Positions 61,832 through 64,000 of a stretch of 64,000 bases of DNA are shown one piece after another. Position numbers and translations under genes: made by a program. The stretch lies in assembly GCA_963718525.1 (NCBI GenBank), contig OY970355.1:2560001-2624000 (forward strand). Reading direction: 5' to 3'. The stretch is from Candidatus Dormiibacterota bacterium. GTDB taxonomy: Bacteria > Chloroflexota > Dormibacteria > Aeolococcales > Aeolococcaceae. Each line of letters starts with the position of its first letter. The stretch's first letter is position 1. The notes under the pieces were generated by a model. It had not been told where the DNA came from. It made no database searches and saw nothing but the letters and a program-made list of their open reading frames with translations.

Positions 61832-62102
61832 CTCCGGCAACGGCGGGGACGATCGATACCTCGTCGCGCTCGGCGATGGCGGTGTCGAGGCCCTGGGCGA
61901 AGCGGATATCGGAGTCATTGACATAGATGTTGATGAACTGCCGCAGGCTCCCGGAGTCGTCATACAGACGGTCGTGGAAGCCAGGATAGGTCGCATCGAG
62001 GTTGGTGAGCACCGCGCCGACGGTGTCACCCTCCACACTGACCTCGGCGCTGCCGCCGGTGAGCCTGCGAAGGGGTCCAGGAACGCGAACCGTGGTTGCC
62101 AT
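61815..62102 (-). CDS. MoaD/ThiS/CysO-family ubiquitin-like sulfur carrier
   Basis: TVRVPGPLR, FINIYVN..DIRF..GL.T, SIVPAVAGG followed by a GGRR extension. Confidence 0.88.
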   Translation of the reverse strand: MATTVRVPGPLRRLTGGSAEVSVEGDTVGAVLTNLDATYPGFHDRLYDDSGSLRQFINIYVNDSDIRFAQGLDTAIAERDEVSIVPAVAGGGGRR

Positions 62103-62124
62103 TGAGGGCCGAGTATACGGAGGG

Positions 62125-62493
62125 TCAGCGCCTTGGCCGCTTTGCCGTGTCACGTGCCGTGGAAATCGAACGCTCACCCGCAGGCCGAAGGCGTCCCGCG
62201 GCGCGAAGCTCGTCAATGCGACGGAGGTTGGCATCCGTCCAGTTGCTCTTCGAGCGCCGGGGGGTGAAGCGGAGCATGTAGGTCGCCTCGTCGACCCGCC
62301 GGATGACGCTGTCGATCCAGCCGTTGCACAGCGCCTCGTCGACCGCATCCGAATACGAGATCCCCGGTCGTTCGAATCCCTTCTTCCAGAATCCCACCCA
62401 CAGTTCGGACGCTGTCGGGTTCGTCTCGAACCACGCCGAGAGATCCTCCGGCGCCAGAAAGAACTCCGGACGCGAAGGGACGGTTGGGGTCAC
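62125..62493 (-). CDS. YdeI-like protein (N-terminal part only)
   Basis: W...KK...Y..AVDEALC.GWIDS...RFTPRR..S.W. Lacks the usual C-terminal OmdA domain. Confidence 0.75.
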   Translation of the reverse strand: MTPTVPSRPEFFLAPEDLSAWFETNPTASELWVGFWKKGFERPGISYSDAVDEALCNGWIDSVIRRVDEATYMLRFTPRRSKSNWTDANLRRIDELRAAGRLRPAGERSISTARDTAKRPRR

Positions 62494-63200
62494 GGCTCGG
62501 GTTCGAGATCGACGACGAGCGGGCTCTTGTCAACGCGGGTCCGGGCTCCGGCGACGAGGTCGTCGAAGACGAGTTGCGACCACGACTCCATGCTCAGGTA
62601 GTGGCGCCGCATTGCTTCCAGGGAGAGCGACTCCCCCTCGAGCTTCTCGAGCTCGCGCACTTCGACGATGCCGTCGGCCGGTTCCACGAGGAACACGAGC
62701 CCGAGGTGCACCCGCGACACGGGGCTCGAGTCATCGTTGAGCATCGCCACGAGGCTGGCGCGCGCCGGCGTCGCACAGCGGATCTCCTCGGCCCACTCGC
62801 GGCGGAGTCCGCCGACGACAGGATCCTCACGTTCCCCGTCTCCGGGATTGACGTGACCGCCGATCCCGAGGGAGTACAGGTGATGGAGACGCTTCTCACT
62901 CGATCGGCGCAAACGGCGGGTCAGCAGATACGTGTCGGCCTGCGGGTGATGGACGACGCAATAGGGAATGATCTGCTGGAGGGCGGGATCATCCTCGATC
63001 TCGGCCCGAGGTCTGTATTCGGAGGTTGCATGGACGGTTCGCAGGACACGCTCCAGCCCACGCGCGATCAGCCCGTGCCAGGCGCCGTCCGGAAAGATGG
63101 TCGAGCGCGGCACGCAGAGGACATCCTCCGCCTCGTGCGCACGGCTCCGCCGCGACCCGACGGCACGCGTTCCAGCCACGGTTCTCGGCACCGAGCGCAT
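62490..63200 (-). CDS. NUDIX-family phosphoesterase
   Basis: E.DP...QIIPY, E.RLH..YSLGIGGH, REWAEE, V..VHLG, MESWS. Confidence 0.82.
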   Translation of the reverse strand: MRSVPRTVAGTRAVGSRRSRAHEAEDVLCVPRSTIFPDGAWHGLIARGLERVLRTVHATSEYRPRAEIEDDPALQQIIPYCVVHHPQADTYLLTRRLRRSSEKRLHHLYSLGIGGHVNPGDGEREDPVVGGLRREWAEEIRCATPARASLVAMLNDDSSPVSRVHLGLVFLVEPADGIVEVRELEKLEGESLSLEAMRRHYLSMESWSQLVFDDLVAGARTRVDKSPLVVDLEPEP

Positions 63201-63213
63201 TCTTTCACCCGCG

Positions 63214-64000
63214 ATGCCTGAGTTGCCCGAGGTCGAATCCCTCTGCAGGTCTTTCGACGCCCGGCTCCGCGGCCGGATCGTCGAGCGGATGAGCGTGCGA
63301 TCCGTGGCGGTGCTCAAGACGTTCGACCCGCCGGCGTCCGCGCTCGATGGGCTGGCGTTCGACGGCTGCGTCCGCCGAGGGAAGTTCATCGATCTGGTCG
63401 TTCCCCCACTCCACCTCGTGGTGCATCTCGCGCGCGGTGGCTGGATCAGGCTTCGCGACACACCCACGAATGCCCGGCCCGCGCTTCGCGGTCCGCTCGC
63501 AGTGATCGTCACCCTTGCGGACGGCGGCAGCCTCGAGATCACCGAGCACGGCACTGACAAGCGCCTGGCGGTGTCGGTGGTGCGCGATCCGACAGATGTG
63601 CCCGGGATCGCCCGACTCGGGATCGACGCGCTCGACCCTGCGCTGACCCCGACGGCGCTCGGTGAGATCCTCCACCACCAGCACGGAACTCTCAAGAGCG
63701 TTCTCGCCGACCAAGCGGTGATCGCCGGGATCGGGAACGCGTACTCCGACGAGATTCTCCACGCGGCACAGCTCTCGCCCTTCCGCCACGCCGATGCCCT
63801 TGGTGGCCAGGAGCTGGAGCGCCTCGCGGGTGCCATGGGAGACGTGCTCAACGCGGCGGTCGCGGCTTCGGTGGACACGGATCCCACCCTGCTCAAGGAT
63901 GGAAAGCGGCAGTCGATGCGCGTCCACGGCCGCACGGGGCTGCCGTGCCCCGTCTGCGGCGACACCGTCCGTGAGGTGTCGCTGGCGTCGCGATCGTTTC
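63214..64000 (+). CDS. Fpg/Nei family DNA glycosylase (runs off the window end)
   Basis: MPELPEVE, RRGKF, HLARGGW, IAGIGNAYSDEILH, C-terminal CPVC. Absent from the ORF track because there is no stop within the window. Confidence 0.9.
   Translation, partial: MPELPEVESLCRSFDARLRGRIVERMSVRSVAVLKTFDPPASALDGLAFDGCVRRGKFIDLVVPPLHLVVHLARGGWIRLRDTPTNARPALRGPLAVIVTLADGGSLEITEHGTDKRLAVSVVRDPTDVPGIARLGIDALDPALTPTALGEILHHQHGTLKSVLADQAVIAGIGNAYSDEILHAAQLSPFRHADALGGQELERLAGAMGDVLNAAVAASVDTDPTLLKDGKRQSMRVHGRTGLPCPVCGDTVREVSLASRSF

Noticed and set aside
62490-63965. 491-aa ORF as a single gene
   Set aside because: Only 62490-63200 is NUDIX-like; the upstream part is antisense to the Fpg/Nei gene.

Overview
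High-GC bacterial chromosome window. The gene set looks monoderm (Firmicutes-like fakA-asp23-rpmB, large SRP RNA-dnaX-ybaB-recR, plsY, many lipoproteins). My unverified impression from the 16S and gene style is a Chloroflexota-related soil lineage such as Ca. Dormibacterota (AD3). From left to right: fakA/asp23/rpmB; a 2074-aa IPT/TIG-repeat surface protein; rlmN-ribDEBAH-btuF-like operon and folE; decayed integrative elements stacked at the 3' end of tRNA-Leu(GAG) (about 17-22 kb); an ECF sigma/anti-sigma pair and regulators; a stack of related elements whose five attachment-like junctions share a 14-bp core identical to the 3' end of the 5S rRNA gene (28.9-39.9 kb, with a Cre-like tyrosine recombinase and a helicase remnant); a complete minus-strand rRNA operon whose 23S carries a group I intron at L1951 with a LAGLIDADG endonuclease; recR-ybaB-dnaX-SRP RNA; a histidine kinase and lipid genes; a stand-alone nuoJKLMN-like module that appears to have lost nearly all canonical proton-translocation charges; mnmA with a ubiquitin-like sulfur carrier; and the start of an Fpg/Nei gene. 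The two strongest novelty candidates are the 5S-rRNA-targeted tandem island family and the 'discharged' antiporter-like complex I arm. All assignments come from reading motifs by eye; no searches were run.
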